Shown here: positions 18,616 through 27,455 of the stretch, piece by piece | Layout: every line of letters starts with the position of its first letter | Numbering within the stretch: position 1 is the stretch's first letter | Notes under the pieces: generated by a model | What the model was told of the DNA's origin: nothing | Seen by the model: the letters and a program-made list of their open reading frames with translations, nothing else | Databases searched by the model: none | Assembly: GCF_947501785.1 (NCBI RefSeq) | Contig: NZ_CANMXB010000001.1 | Location: forward strand, 1,319,048-1,383,047 | DNA: 64,000 nt | Direction of reading: 5' to 3' | Origin: an uncultured Litoreibacter sp. | GTDB lineage: Bacteria; Pseudomonadota; Alphaproteobacteria; Rhodobacterales; Rhodobacteraceae | Position numbers and translations under genes: made by a program

Positions 18616-20428
18616 CCGCCTTCTCCTCCAACATCAGCCATTCTTCTTCCGCATTCTGCAACGCGGTGTTGCGCTCTACCAAAGCCTCGCTGGCTTTGGC
18701 AAACTTGGCGGGCTGCGACGTGAACAGTTCAGGGTTCGACAGAAATTCGGTCAGCTTGGCGATCTCGGCCTCCAGACGCGCCATCTCGTCGGGCAGCGCC
18801 TCCAGCCGGTGCTTTTCGGTAAAGGACAAACCGCTCTCCGCCTTCTTGGCCTCCGCCGCCTCCCGCCCTTTGGCGCGGCGCGACTTGGCTGGCCCATCCG
18901 ACAGCACGACATCGCCGCCGCCCTCACGGGCCTGCGCCTGATAGTCAGACCAGCCGCCAGCATAAACCGTTGCCTTGCCGTCCTTCAACGCAATGGTGGT
19001 GGAGGCCACACGGTCCAGAAAATCCCGGTCGTGGCTGACCAGAATCACCGTACCGTCATAATCGCCGATCAATTCCTGCAGCAAATCCAGCGTCTCGATG
19101 TCCAGATCGTTGGTCGGCTCGTCAAGGATCAGCAGGTTGCTTTCCCGCGCCATGATCCGCGCCAAAAGCAGCCGCGCCTTCTCGCCGCCGGACAGCGACT
19201 TGATCTGCGCGCGCGCCTGCGCCTCGTCAAACAGGAAGTCCTTGAGATACCCCACCACATGTTTCGGCGTGCCGCGCACAGAGATATGGTCGCCCATCCC
19301 CCGCACCCGGGTGGCGGGGTCCTCGGTCAGCGCGCCCCACAACGTGTCTTCCGGGTTCAGCGCCGCGCGGTTTTGGTCAAACACCGCCATATCAAGATTG
19401 GTGCCCATCTTCACGGTGCCGCTGTCGGGGTCAACCTCCCCCGTCATCAGCTTCAGCAACGTGGTTTTGCCCGCCCCGTTCGGCCCCACCAAGGCAATCC
19501 GGTCGCCCCGGTTCACCTTGATCGAGAAATCCCGCACGATGGTCTTGTCCTCAAACGCCTTGGAAACGCCGTCCAGCACAAACACCTGCTTGCCGGACTT
19601 GCGCCCCGCATCCAGCTCCATCGCGGCCGTGCCCTGCCGTTTGATCTGGCTGGCGCGTTCCGCTCGCAGCTCCTGCAACGCCCGCACGCGCCCCTGATTG
19701 CGCTTGCGCCGGGCCGAGATGCCTTCAACCGCCCACCGCGCCTCCGCCTTGATCTTGCGGTTCAGCTTGTGGCGCTGCGCGTCTTCCTCTTCCCACGCCT
19801 TGTCGCGCCACTCCTCAAAGCGGTCGAACCCTTGTTCCTGACGGCTGACCTTGCCGCGATCAATCCACAATGTCGCCCGCGTCAGCGCCCGCAAAAACGC
19901 CCGGTCGTGCGAGATCAAAATGTAGGCCGCCCGCGTGGTCGACAGATGGTCCTCCAACCACGCAATTGCCTCGATATCCAGGTGGTTGGTCGGCTCGTCC
20001 AGCAACATCAATTCCGGCGCTTCCGCCAGCAGCTTGGCCAAGGCCGCGCGGCGCCGCTCTCCACCGGATGCGGCCTCGACCGTTGCATCAAGGTTAAGCT
20101 TCAACCCCTCCGCAGCACTCAATAATTTGTATTCCTCGGAAGGGTCCATCTCGCTCAACGCGAAATCCCCCAACGTGGCAAACCCCGACAGGTCGGGCTC
20201 CTGCTGCATGTAGCCGGTGGTCACGCCCGGCGCCAAAAACCGCGCCCCGGTGTCGGGTTCCACCAACCCGCCCATCACCTTCATCAAGGTCGATTTGCCC
20301 GACCCGTTGCGCCCCACCAAGGCGACGCGGTCGCCCTGCTGGACCACCAGCCCAAGGTCGGAAAAAACAGGATCCCCGCCAAAGGTCAGCGAAATGTCGG
20401 TCAGTTGAAGGAGGGGTGCTCTAGCCAT
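18608..20428 (-). CDS. ABC-F family ATPase (Uup-like)
   Basis: 606 aa with two ABC cassettes: Walker A 'GRNGSGKST' and 'GPNGAGKTT', signatures 'ASGGERRR' and 'LSGGEKARL'. There are no TM domains. The C-terminus is a coiled coil. Confidence 0.9.
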   Translation of the reverse strand: MARAPLLQLTDISLTFGGDPVFSDLGLVVQQGDRVALVGRNGSGKSTLMKVMGGLVEPDTGARFLAPGVTTGYMQQEPDLSGFATLGDFALSEMDPSEEYKLLSAAEGLKLNLDATVEAASGGERRRAALAKLLAEAPELMLLDEPTNHLDIEAIAWLEDHLSTTRAAYILISHDRAFLRALTRATLWIDRGKVSRQEQGFDRFEEWRDKAWEEEDAQRHKLNRKIKAEARWAVEGISARRKRNQGRVRALQELRAERASQIKRQGTAAMELDAGRKSGKQVFVLDGVSKAFEDKTIVRDFSIKVNRGDRIALVGPNGAGKTTLLKLMTGEVDPDSGTVKMGTNLDMAVFDQNRAALNPEDTLWGALTEDPATRVRGMGDHISVRGTPKHVVGYLKDFLFDEAQARAQIKSLSGGEKARLLLARIMARESNLLILDEPTNDLDIETLDLLQELIGDYDGTVILVSHDRDFLDRVASTTIALKDGKATVYAGGWSDYQAQAREGGGDVVLSDGPAKSRRAKGREAAEAKKAESGLSFTEKHRLEALPDEMARLEAEIAKLTEFLSNPELFTSQPAKFAKASEALVERNTALQNAEEEWLMLEEKAGG

Positions 20429-20473
20429 GCCGACAGGCGCTAATCGCTCGGCCCCGGCGCGTCAACCTCACGG

Positions 20474-20498
20474 CTTCTTTCTGCTGAAAATATGCAAA
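20474..20498. repeat. dispersed intergenic repeat, tail type 2 variant (CTTCTTTCTGCTGAAAATATGCAAA)
   Basis: Same family as the copy at 14113. It lies between the ABC-F start and the acyltransferase stop. Confidence 0.8.
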
Positions 20499-21245
20499 TC
20501 ACCCGGCCACCGCCCGCAGCGCCTTCGCCCGGGCCGGCGGGATGGCGGCAATTTCGACGCCTGTAAACACATGCAACGTCCCCAGATCACGGTCCACGAC
20601 CGCATGGTCGCTGACCCAGCCGCCCATCGCCAGATAGGTCCGCAACAGCGGCGGCAGGCCCTTGACCCCCAACCGCAGGTCCGACGCGCCGGATGTCACG
20701 ACATCCACAAAGGCCACCACCTCGCCCGCCTTGACCTTCGGACGCCAGGGATCGGGCCCCAAATGCCGGTCGTTGAGCAAGGACAGCGCGTCCAGATGCC
20801 GATCCGCCGCCGTGCCCTCAAAGGAGGAGCAGCCAAAGAGCAGCCCCACCCCATGCGCATCGACATGCGCCGTCACCGCGCCCCAGGCAACACGCAAAAT
20901 GTCGGGATCCAGGGCCCGCGGCGAGACGCAGAAACGGCCGACCTCGGCCATCGCGCCCTGAAATCCCGATAGCCCTGCCAAATCATAGAATTGCGCGGCG
21001 TAGCTGCGCGAAATTTCGTCCCCTGAGGCCAACGTCATCATCCGAAAGCAGCACACCAATGCACCCGTTTCGGCATCCTCCACCAGCACGTGATCGCAGC
21101 TTGCGTCATACGCATCACGATCCACCCCCTCGCCGCCGCGAAACACCCGGTGCCGCAGGCCTTGCGCCGCCGCCAAATCCGCCGCGCCACACGCGAAGCG
21201 GGCCGTGTAGCGGCCACGCGACAGGCGGATGGGCGTTTGCAACAT
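20499..21245 (-). CDS. GNAT family N-acyltransferase (OlsB / N-acyl amino acid synthase-like)
   Basis: 248 aa from the ATG at 21245 (a GTG alternative lies at 21263). 'LRHRVFRGGEGVDRDAYDASCDHVLVED' and 'VGRFCV' resemble the Acetyltransf_5/OlsB-like family. Confidence 0.75.
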   Translation of the reverse strand: MLQTPIRLSRGRYTARFACGAADLAAAQGLRHRVFRGGEGVDRDAYDASCDHVLVEDAETGALVCCFRMMTLASGDEISRSYAAQFYDLAGLSGFQGAMAEVGRFCVSPRALDPDILRVAWGAVTAHVDAHGVGLLFGCSSFEGTAADRHLDALSLLNDRHLGPDPWRPKVKAGEVVAFVDVVTSGASDLRLGVKGLPPLLRTYLAMGGWVSDHAVVDRDLGTLHVFTGVEIAAIPPARAKALRAVAG

Positions 21246-21388
21246 GGGGCGGTTTTCCTTCACTCAGGTCACACAAGCGCGAGCCGCTATTGGACAGCAG
21301 CACACACGCGATTAACTATGGCGCAACGCAAAGCCTAAGCATAGCCCGTAACGGGCGCATGACGTTGGCAGTTCAGGAGGGATCACCT

Positions 21389-21787
21389 ATGGTCGACAAA
21401 GTCATCAAATCCGACGCCGAATGGCGCGCGCAGCTCAGCGACATGGAATACAAGGTCCTGCGCAAACATGGCACCGAACGCGCCTTCAGCAATGACGCCT
21501 TCCCCAAAACCGGCGGCACCTATTTCTGCAAGGGGTGCGGCACACCGCTGTTTGAGGGCAACACCAAATTCGATTCCGGTACCGGCTGGCCCAGCTTCTA
21601 TGCGCCGATTGACGGCGAAAATGTCGGCGAAAGCCAGGATAACAGCTGGTTCATGAAGCGCACCGAGGTGCATTGCAATGCCTGCGACGGCCATCTGGGC
21701 CATGTCTTTCCCGACGGGCCGCAGCCCACGGGGCTGCGCTACTGCATCAACGGGGCGTCCCTGACCCATGAGCCAGACGGCGGCTGA
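21389..21787 (+). CDS. msrB: peptide-methionine (R)-S-oxide reductase
   Basis: Trimmed to the ATG at 21389 (AGGAGG SD upstream), giving 132 aa. 'YFCKGCGTPLF', 'CNACDGHLGHVF' and 'RYCINGASL' are canonical MsrB motifs. Confidence 0.92.
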   Translation: MVDKVIKSDAEWRAQLSDMEYKVLRKHGTERAFSNDAFPKTGGTYFCKGCGTPLFEGNTKFDSGTGWPSFYAPIDGENVGESQDNSWFMKRTEVHCNACDGHLGHVFPDGPQPTGLRYCINGASLTHEPDGG

Positions 21788-21792
21788 GGGGC

Positions 21793-21841
21793 AAAATTCT
21801 TCGTCGAAGAATTTTACTTGAAAATCCTCGGTGAGGATTTT
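21793..21841. terminator. two adjacent AT-rich perfect palindromes between convergent msrB and bamE (putative bidirectional terminators)
   Basis: AAAATTCTTCG-T-CGAAGAATTTT (21793..21815) and AAAATCCTC-GGT-GAGGATTTT (21821..21841). Each is flanked by A/T runs on both strands. Confidence 0.5.
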
Positions 21842-21846
21842 CCGCC

Positions 21847-22317
21847 CTATCCTCCCAGCGCCTCGCCCAGGTCAATCCGGCCGAAGTTGCGAATGATTTG
21901 GCGGATGAAGGTCACATCCCGCACCGATGTCTCGGTGACGCGGCGCGACAGCGTAACCACCTGCCCGCGTTCCAGCCCAAACCGCTCCACATTTGTCACC
22001 GTGTCATTGCCATCAAAGCGGATCGCCACAACCTGGCGGTCGATTTCTTTTGGCTTTTTCGCGCCGAAATGGCGCACTTTTGAGCCGATGTAGAAATAGC
22101 CGCCTTCGCGCAGCACGCCTGAGGCCGCCGGTTTGCCGATAACGGCCTCGACGCTGTCGCGGGTGTCGACCCCCACGATGATGGCGTCCAGGTCCTCTTG
22201 CGGCGGGATATAGCCGTGCTGGCGGATGATTTCCTGGCACGCGCTCAGCGCCATTAGCGCCGCGCAAAGCAGCAGCGGAACTGCCCCCGCCGTTTTCCGG
22301 TTCATTGCCCGCAACAT
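21847..22317 (-). CDS. bamE: outer membrane protein assembly factor BamE (SmpA/OmlA)
   Basis: Trimmed to the ATG at 22317, giving 156 aa. Lipobox 'LMALSAC' followed by 'HGYIPPQEDLDAIIVGVDTRDSVEAVIGKP', typical of alphaproteobacterial BamE. Confidence 0.8.
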   Translation of the reverse strand: MLRAMNRKTAGAVPLLLCAALMALSACQEIIRQHGYIPPQEDLDAIIVGVDTRDSVEAVIGKPAASGVLREGGYFYIGSKVRHFGAKKPKEIDRQVVAIRFDGNDTVTNVERFGLERGQVVTLSRRVTETSVRDVTFIRQIIRNFGRIDLGEALGG

Positions 22318-22407
22318 GCCCGCACCCTCACGTCTTGCTCTTTTGCTTGGCTTAGGCTTACAGAAGGAACCCAAGCTGTTCAAGAAAGATGCGGGAGCGC
22401 CGTTCAC

Positions 22408-22950
22408 ATGTCTGACACAAATCCATTGTTCTTCCGCACCGCTGACCTGCCCCAAAAGCGGATCACGCCGCTGGAATTTGCCGCAGACGCGGCCCAGCGC
22501 GCGGCCATGGCCGCCGATCTGGAGGTCGCCCAAATCAAGAAACTGGCCTTCAAAGGCACGCTACGCGCCGCGGGCAAGACCGACTGGACGCTCACGGGCC
22601 ATCTTGGGGCCACCGTGGTGCAGCCTTGCGTGATCACGCTCGATCCGGTCACCACGCGGGTCGAGGAGGACGTGACCCGGCACTACATCTCGGATTGGCA
22701 GGACCCCGAGGATGCCGAGGTAGAGATGCCCGGCGATGACACATCCGAGCCGCTGGGCGCCGAGATCGACGTTATGGCCACGATCACCGAGGCCTTGTCG
22801 CTGGCCATCCCCGCCTACCCGCGCGCCAACGGCGCGGAACTTGGGGCGATGGTGCATGCAGAACCCGGCATCGAGCCGTTGAACGAAGAAACGGTAAAAC
22901 CCTTCGCCAGCCTCGCAGATCTGAAGAAGAAGATGGAAAACAAGGGCTAA
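22408..22950 (+). CDS. yceD: YceD family protein (DUF177)
   Basis: 180 aa. 'GTLRAAGKTDWTLTGHLGATVVQPCVITLDPV' fits DUF177. In other bacteria this gene normally precedes rpmF-plsX. Confidence 0.8.
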   Translation: MSDTNPLFFRTADLPQKRITPLEFAADAAQRAAMAADLEVAQIKKLAFKGTLRAAGKTDWTLTGHLGATVVQPCVITLDPVTTRVEEDVTRHYISDWQDPEDAEVEMPGDDTSEPLGAEIDVMATITEALSLAIPAYPRANGAELGAMVHAEPGIEPLNEETVKPFASLADLKKKMENKG

Positions 22951-23022
22951 CCCGCCCTAATTGGCGTTCTGGGCCACGAATTCCCCTTAACGCAGCTCCC
23001 CAAAAAGGGGTAAGCTGCTACC

Positions 23023-23487
23023 ATGTCTGGATCCTTACAAGAATTCGAAAACAGCCCCTATTTCTGGCTGTTCTTTGTCATCGCCTTCCCATTGTTGTTC
23101 CTTGCGATCTGGTCTTTCGTGCTGTGGATCACGGCGCGCATGTCGGGCTGGAACGTGCTGGCACGGCTTTACCCCTATTCCGGCGAAGAAGCGCTAAAAT
23201 GGCAACACCGCGGCGGCGGCGGCGTCTACCGTGCCCACCTGCCCTTTGCCGGCATGCGCGGCCGCCTGGCCGTCGGCGCCACCAAGACGGGCATCATCAT
23301 CAAACCACCCTTCATCTTGCGCCCTTTCCACCCGGCCTTCTTCCTGCCCTTCGACAAAATCGTGGCCGAGGAGCCGCTGACCATCCTTTCTTTCGACTTC
23401 GTGCTGCTGACCATGCAGGACGCCCCCGACCTGCGTATCGGCATCCTGACATCCGCACGCGAGATGGCCGAGGCTGCGCGACAATAG
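23023..23487 (+). CDS. hypothetical membrane protein
   Basis: 154 aa with one or two N-terminal TM helices ('YFWLFFVIAFPLLFLAIWSFVLWI'). No motif recognised. Confidence 0.55.
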   Translation: MSGSLQEFENSPYFWLFFVIAFPLLFLAIWSFVLWITARMSGWNVLARLYPYSGEEALKWQHRGGGGVYRAHLPFAGMRGRLAVGATKTGIIIKPPFILRPFHPAFFLPFDKIVAEEPLTILSFDFVLLTMQDAPDLRIGILTSAREMAEAARQ

Positions 23488-23635
23488 GCCGGGCCTGTTG
23501 CCAACGTGACGGGAAGTCTGCTTTGAGCCCAAATTGACTGTTGCTGCAAGATACACGATCGGCGGCTAATCGCAGAAAGTGGACTTTGCAAAGTATTCCA
23601 AGATCAACAGAACAACTTACCTCTTATATTCAAAA

Positions 23636-24094
23636 CTATCGAGTAAACGGGATGTCGCCATAGGCCCAAATGACTGTGCCAGCACACGCTAGAACAAAAC
23701 CAATTGATGGTAACAGCTTGCGGACTGGATGCACCCAGCCTCTCTCAAACGTTCTGTACCCAGTCGCGTGACCCAAGTTGGCGAACTCGACAAAAACTGA
23801 AGCGGCAACCAACAATGCACCTGACCTCTGAAACCAATACATGGGCTCTTCGGCGCAATCGCGACGGTCCCAGCCGAAACTGAGACAAACGAAAACAATC
23901 GAAGCGATTAGAGACAAAGCGGACAAAACTTCCATGCTTACACGGTACGACATGTTCCAAGTTTTGAAGTCTCCAGTAACCTCATTTTCATGAAATTTTT
24001 GTGCCTCTTGACCGCGCCAAACAAGCATCCACGAAAGGAAAGCTATGCGAATTTCTGTTCTCTTTTCTCGGGTCCACACTTGTTCAATTCCCAT
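23636..24094 (-). CDS. hypothetical membrane protein encoded in a very AT-rich patch
   Basis: 152 aa with 3-4 predicted TM helices. The surrounding DNA (23.5-24.3 kb) is by eye the lowest-GC stretch in the window. Confidence 0.55.
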   Translation of the reverse strand: MGIEQVWTREKRTEIRIAFLSWMLVWRGQEAQKFHENEVTGDFKTWNMSYRVSMEVLSALSLIASIVFVCLSFGWDRRDCAEEPMYWFQRSGALLVAASVFVEFANLGHATGYRTFERGWVHPVRKLLPSIGFVLACAGTVIWAYGDIPFTR

Positions 24095-24271
24095 TTATGG
24101 CGGCCGAGCAATACGTTCAGAACAATCCGTAGATTAGGCTGAGTCCTGCAAGCGTTTGCTCATGGTTGGTGGGCGATCACACTGGATTTGTCTTAGTGCG
24201 GACACTCTCAAAATGCCAACATTATCCGTTCGGTTACTTGGTAAACGCCATGATACAATGTCCGCTTTGGG

Positions 24272-25597
24272 TTGGAACCGCTCATCGAGCGTATTTGCCT
24301 AGAGGTCTGTTTTGTCCCGCAATGCAGCCAACTGAGACAGGATAGTGGGGAGCCTTCGTCGACTGTCCGCTTACGAGCCCAGGTGGACATCCATTTTGCG
24401 AAGACGCTAAGATCATCTGTGTCGTTTAGCCAAGATCTTGCACCCATTCTGGACGTCGTAAAACGGATCGACCCGAGCTTTGGATCGGTCGATCCTGAAC
24501 AGATCGCTTCTCATGCCGAAGATGCCCATCGGTACGCGTCAGGGACTGCAAAAGACCGTTTCCTGCTTTCGGCGATGCGTCTGCTGGCCCTGTCAGGCAA
24601 TCGCCACACGCGCCTGATCCCCAATGATGCAATCCATGTACTGCCGCTTCGATTCGTAACAGTCGGGACGTCGGTGTTCCTGACGAAAGCATCAACGCCG
24701 GTCGCAGAATTTGCGCCCTGCAAGCTGGTCGCGGTGAACGGCGTCCCTGTCGAACGTATCGAACGCGCGGCAGAATGCCTGTTGGCGGGGACATCGCAGA
24801 GGAAACGCGTGATCGGGCCGCTGCTATTTGCCTGGCCGGCGGCTTTGGTCCATCTGGGGTGTGCATCAAGCGGTGACAAAACCCAATATCAGTTTGAAAC
24901 TGGCGACGGGCACACAGCCAAGGCGAATGTGTCTATCTCTGATGCTGTCCCGGCGTCGGAATTCTATCCCAGCAACGAGCATGGCCAGGTTGATCCCGTC
25001 TGGTCCCCAAATGGTTTTGTGGCCATCCACGACTACGCCGATGACGGCCTCGCATTGACGCTGCCAAGTTTCTTCGATCCTGACGAACGCGCGTTCCCCG
25101 AAGCAATTGACAGGGCCGCCACTTGGGTCCGGTCCCGGCGCGACGGCTTCCTTGTGATCGATCTTCGAGGCAACACAGGAGGCGACTTTCTGGCGACGAT
25201 GCCGCTGATCGACGCTATCACCGAAAGCGCCCGGACAAACGGCTGCGCCGTGCTGGTGGATAAGTTCACCTTCTCTGCTGCAATCGTCTTTGTCGCGATC
25301 CTGCGATATCGGCTGAAGCGCAAGCTGCAAATCATCGGAGAAGACATGGGCGACGGTCTCAGGTTTTTTGCGGAAGGTGGCCTGATCGAGCTGCCAGCCA
25401 GCGGCGCATCCATTCGCTACTCAACCGCGCTTCACGATTGGGAAAACGGGTTGGCTGATCAAACGACGCCGCCCGAAATCGCGCGCCAGATTGTGGCGGT
25501 TGGCAAGCTCGAAATTGATCGGACTTGGGTCACGGCACCTTTCGACGCGACGCCGAAAGATGTCCTGTACAGACAGCTGATCAATGATTTGGCTTAA
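24272..25597 (+). CDS. S41 (C-terminal processing peptidase)-like protein; start uncertain
   Basis: 441-aa ORF from a TTG. 'FLVIDLRGNTGGDF' resembles the S41 'DLR.N.GG' motif, and 'DKFTFSAAIVF' sits where the catalytic Ser segment would be. No PDZ domain is obvious. GC is intermediate. Confidence 0.55.
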   Translation: MEPLIERICLEVCFVPQCSQLRQDSGEPSSTVRLRAQVDIHFAKTLRSSVSFSQDLAPILDVVKRIDPSFGSVDPEQIASHAEDAHRYASGTAKDRFLLSAMRLLALSGNRHTRLIPNDAIHVLPLRFVTVGTSVFLTKASTPVAEFAPCKLVAVNGVPVERIERAAECLLAGTSQRKRVIGPLLFAWPAALVHLGCASSGDKTQYQFETGDGHTAKANVSISDAVPASEFYPSNEHGQVDPVWSPNGFVAIHDYADDGLALTLPSFFDPDERAFPEAIDRAATWVRSRRDGFLVIDLRGNTGGDFLATMPLIDAITESARTNGCAVLVDKFTFSAAIVFVAILRYRLKRKLQIIGEDMGDGLRFFAEGGLIELPASGASIRYSTALHDWENGLADQTTPPEIARQIVAVGKLEIDRTWVTAPFDATPKDVLYRQLINDLA

Positions 25598-25981
25598 CTG
25601 TCAAAAGGCCGCAATGGGTCGCATTGCATCCTTTGCCCCCCACCGAACGCCCCGTTAACCACCTGCTAAATCCACGCGGCTATACCCCTCCCCGGGAACC
25701 CGAGGCGTCTTTCGAACGCCAACTACATATCACGGATTGCGGCAGTTCGTTCAGGGCTGCCTTGCGATCACCGGTGACAAGGCAAGGCCGGTCTGCGCAC
25801 AAAACGCAGGCGGGAACCGCTTCCTCTGATATGGATCAGGGTGGCGCCACCTTTCTTTCGCTCCCGAACGATATGGCGGGATGGCCAACCCCATCCACAC
25901 CAAGCTTCGAGACACCCACCACCTGCGCGGGGCCAAAAGCCCCAAAGCAGGCATTGGTGCGGGCATGCGCAGCAGCGTTGC

Positions 25982-26362
25982 TCATGTGTCGGACGCGTTG
26001 ACCACCAACAACTCCAGCCGCTTCACCTCCCGGATGACCCGGTCGGCCTGCATTTGCGGCGCGAGGCTCAGCTTCAGCTGCACCGCCATGATCATCAGCA
26101 CGGCGGACGATATCCCCCATTTCACCGCGGCCAAAACGTCGACGGCAGCAAAGAGTTGAACCGCGCAACAAACGCCCACGATGAACAGGACCGCCTGCAC
26201 CACCATGATCACCCATGTCACCCAGCCCAGCTTGCCGCCGAACTGGCTGAGGCCAAGGGCGAGGTAGCCCAATTCCTCCGTCTCCTTGAGTATGTCTTTG
26301 TCCTGCCCGGTCAGGGCGGCCTTGATCAGGTCGTCGAGGCGGGTTTTTTCGCTATTGGTCAT
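25982..26362 (-). CDS. two-TM membrane protein, putative partner (anti-sigma-like) of the upstream ECF sigma factor
   Basis: 126 aa. Its start overlaps the sigma-factor stop by 11 nt. Two TM helices ('WVTWVIMVVQAVLFIVGVCCAV' and 'GISSAVLMIMAVQL'). No zf-HC2 motif. Confidence 0.6.
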   Translation of the reverse strand: MTNSEKTRLDDLIKAALTGQDKDILKETEELGYLALGLSQFGGKLGWVTWVIMVVQAVLFIVGVCCAVQLFAAVDVLAAVKWGISSAVLMIMAVQLKLSLAPQMQADRVIREVKRLELLVVNASDT

Positions 26363-26906
26363 TTTCTTCTCCTTTCAGAGTGGTTCTCAATTTGTCGCGC
26401 GCCAGCATCAGGCGGCGTTTCACGGTGCCAACGGGGACGTCCATCGCGACGGACACCTCCGCGACACCCATATCGTCGAGGTAGAACAGCGCCACCGTGG
26501 CGGCCTGGTCGGGTGGCAGGCTTGCAATGGCGCGACGCACATGGGCCGCACGCACCGCATCCGGCCCGGTTTCGGGCGCGGCGTCTTCACGTTCGGCCAG
26601 CAGCGCGGCGCTGAGCGCCCGGTCGCCTTGCTTGCGTTTGATCACCGCAGCGCAGCGGCGGGTCACGATCCGGGTCGCCCAGGCCGGGAACGCTTGGGTG
26701 TCCCGCAGGCCGCTCAGGCCCTTGAAAATGGCCACCCAAGCGTCCTGAACCGCGTCGCGCGCCTCTTCGGGGTCCCCCAGCAATCGGGTGGCATGCACCT
26801 GCAACCTGGGCCCGCGCAACGCAACAAGCTGCTCCATCGCCGATCGCTCGCCCAATTGGGCGGCGGCCACGAGGTAATGCTCCAAACTGCGCGATTTACG
26901 GGTCAC
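26352..26906 (-). CDS. RNA polymerase sigma-70 family, ECF subfamily
   Basis: I keep only the 3' third of the 576-aa track ORF, starting at the GTG at 26906, giving 184 aa. Region 2 is 'EARDAVQDAWVAIFKGL...FPAWATRIVTRR' and region 4 is 'LPPDQAATVALFYLDDMGVAEVSVAMDVPVGTVKRRL'. Confidence 0.85.
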   Translation of the reverse strand: MTRKSRSLEHYLVAAAQLGERSAMEQLVALRGPRLQVHATRLLGDPEEARDAVQDAWVAIFKGLSGLRDTQAFPAWATRIVTRRCAAVIKRKQGDRALSAALLAEREDAAPETGPDAVRAAHVRRAIASLPPDQAATVALFYLDDMGVAEVSVAMDVPVGTVKRRLMLARDKLRTTLKGEENDQ

Positions 26907-27031
26907 CGACGTCCTGCCTTTTTTGCCGTTGTCATATCTAAGGTGCGCCGGGCGGATGATCTGGTTCAATCCGGGGCCAAAAAAATCTGCAAAGGCCCTG
27001 GTCTTTGGCCCCCGCCAAGGCCGCATGGGGC

Positions 27032-27059
27032 TTGCAAATATGTAGAATCCAAGTATATC
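27032..27059 (+). promoter_or_regulatory. possible sigma70-type promoter for rpmF-plsX-fabH (TTGCAA-N16-TATATC)
   Basis: -35-like hexamer at 27032..27037 and -10-like hexamer at 27054..27059, about 130 nt upstream of the rpmF ATG. This is a pattern match only. Confidence 0.3.
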
Positions 27060-27190
27060 CCACGCTTCTTTCGGAAAACGGGCTGGACTGGCCCCCGCTG
27101 AGTCGTTAGACGCAGCCCGAAGCGCCCTCAAGGGGCGACAATCAGATGACACGCGAGGGCCTTTGCCCCTCCCCCAACGAGGACGACACG

Positions 27191-27397
27191 ATGGCTGTCC
27201 AGCAGAATAAAGTTTCCAAGTCGCGCCGCAACAACCGCCGCGCACATGACGCGCTGAGCGCAGATGCCCGCAACGAATGCTCCAACTGCGGCGAGCTGAA
27301 GCGCCCGCACCACGTTTGCGCCTCGTGCGGCCATTACGACGACAAGGAAGTTGTTGCGATGGTGGACGAAGTCGAACTGGACGACGACGCCGCATAA
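27191..27397 (+). CDS. rpmF: 50S ribosomal protein L32
   Basis: Trimmed to the ATG at 27191, giving 68 aa. The product starts '[19 protein letters not shown]' and carries the 'CSNCG...[10 protein letters not shown]' zinc ribbon. Confidence 0.92.
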   Translation: MAVQQNKVSKSRRNNRRAHDALSADARNECSNCGELKRPHHVCASCGHYDDKEVVAMVDEVELDDDAA

Positions 27398-27455
27398 GCT
27401 TAGGCTGAACTGGCTTACCGCAAGGTAGGGTAGAACAGTTCGGGCAGGCACGCCG

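Noticed and set aside
18491-20125. 544-aa plus-strand ORF
   Set aside because: It lies entirely antisense to the ABC-F ATPase, whose two Walker/signature cassettes make it the real gene. The product is Arg/Pro/Leu/Gln-rich low-complexity sequence, typical of antisense frames in high-GC DNA.
25836-25985. 49-codon minus-strand ORF (MSNAAAHARTNACFGAFGPAQVVGVSK...) whose ATG overlaps the stop of the ECF partner gene (ATGA)
   Set aside because: The coupling is tempting, but the third codon positions are T-rich and unlike native genes. The peptide has no TM segment or motif, and it lies in a roughly 380-bp stretch that otherwise looks non-coding. It is kept only as a possibility, perhaps a gene remnant.
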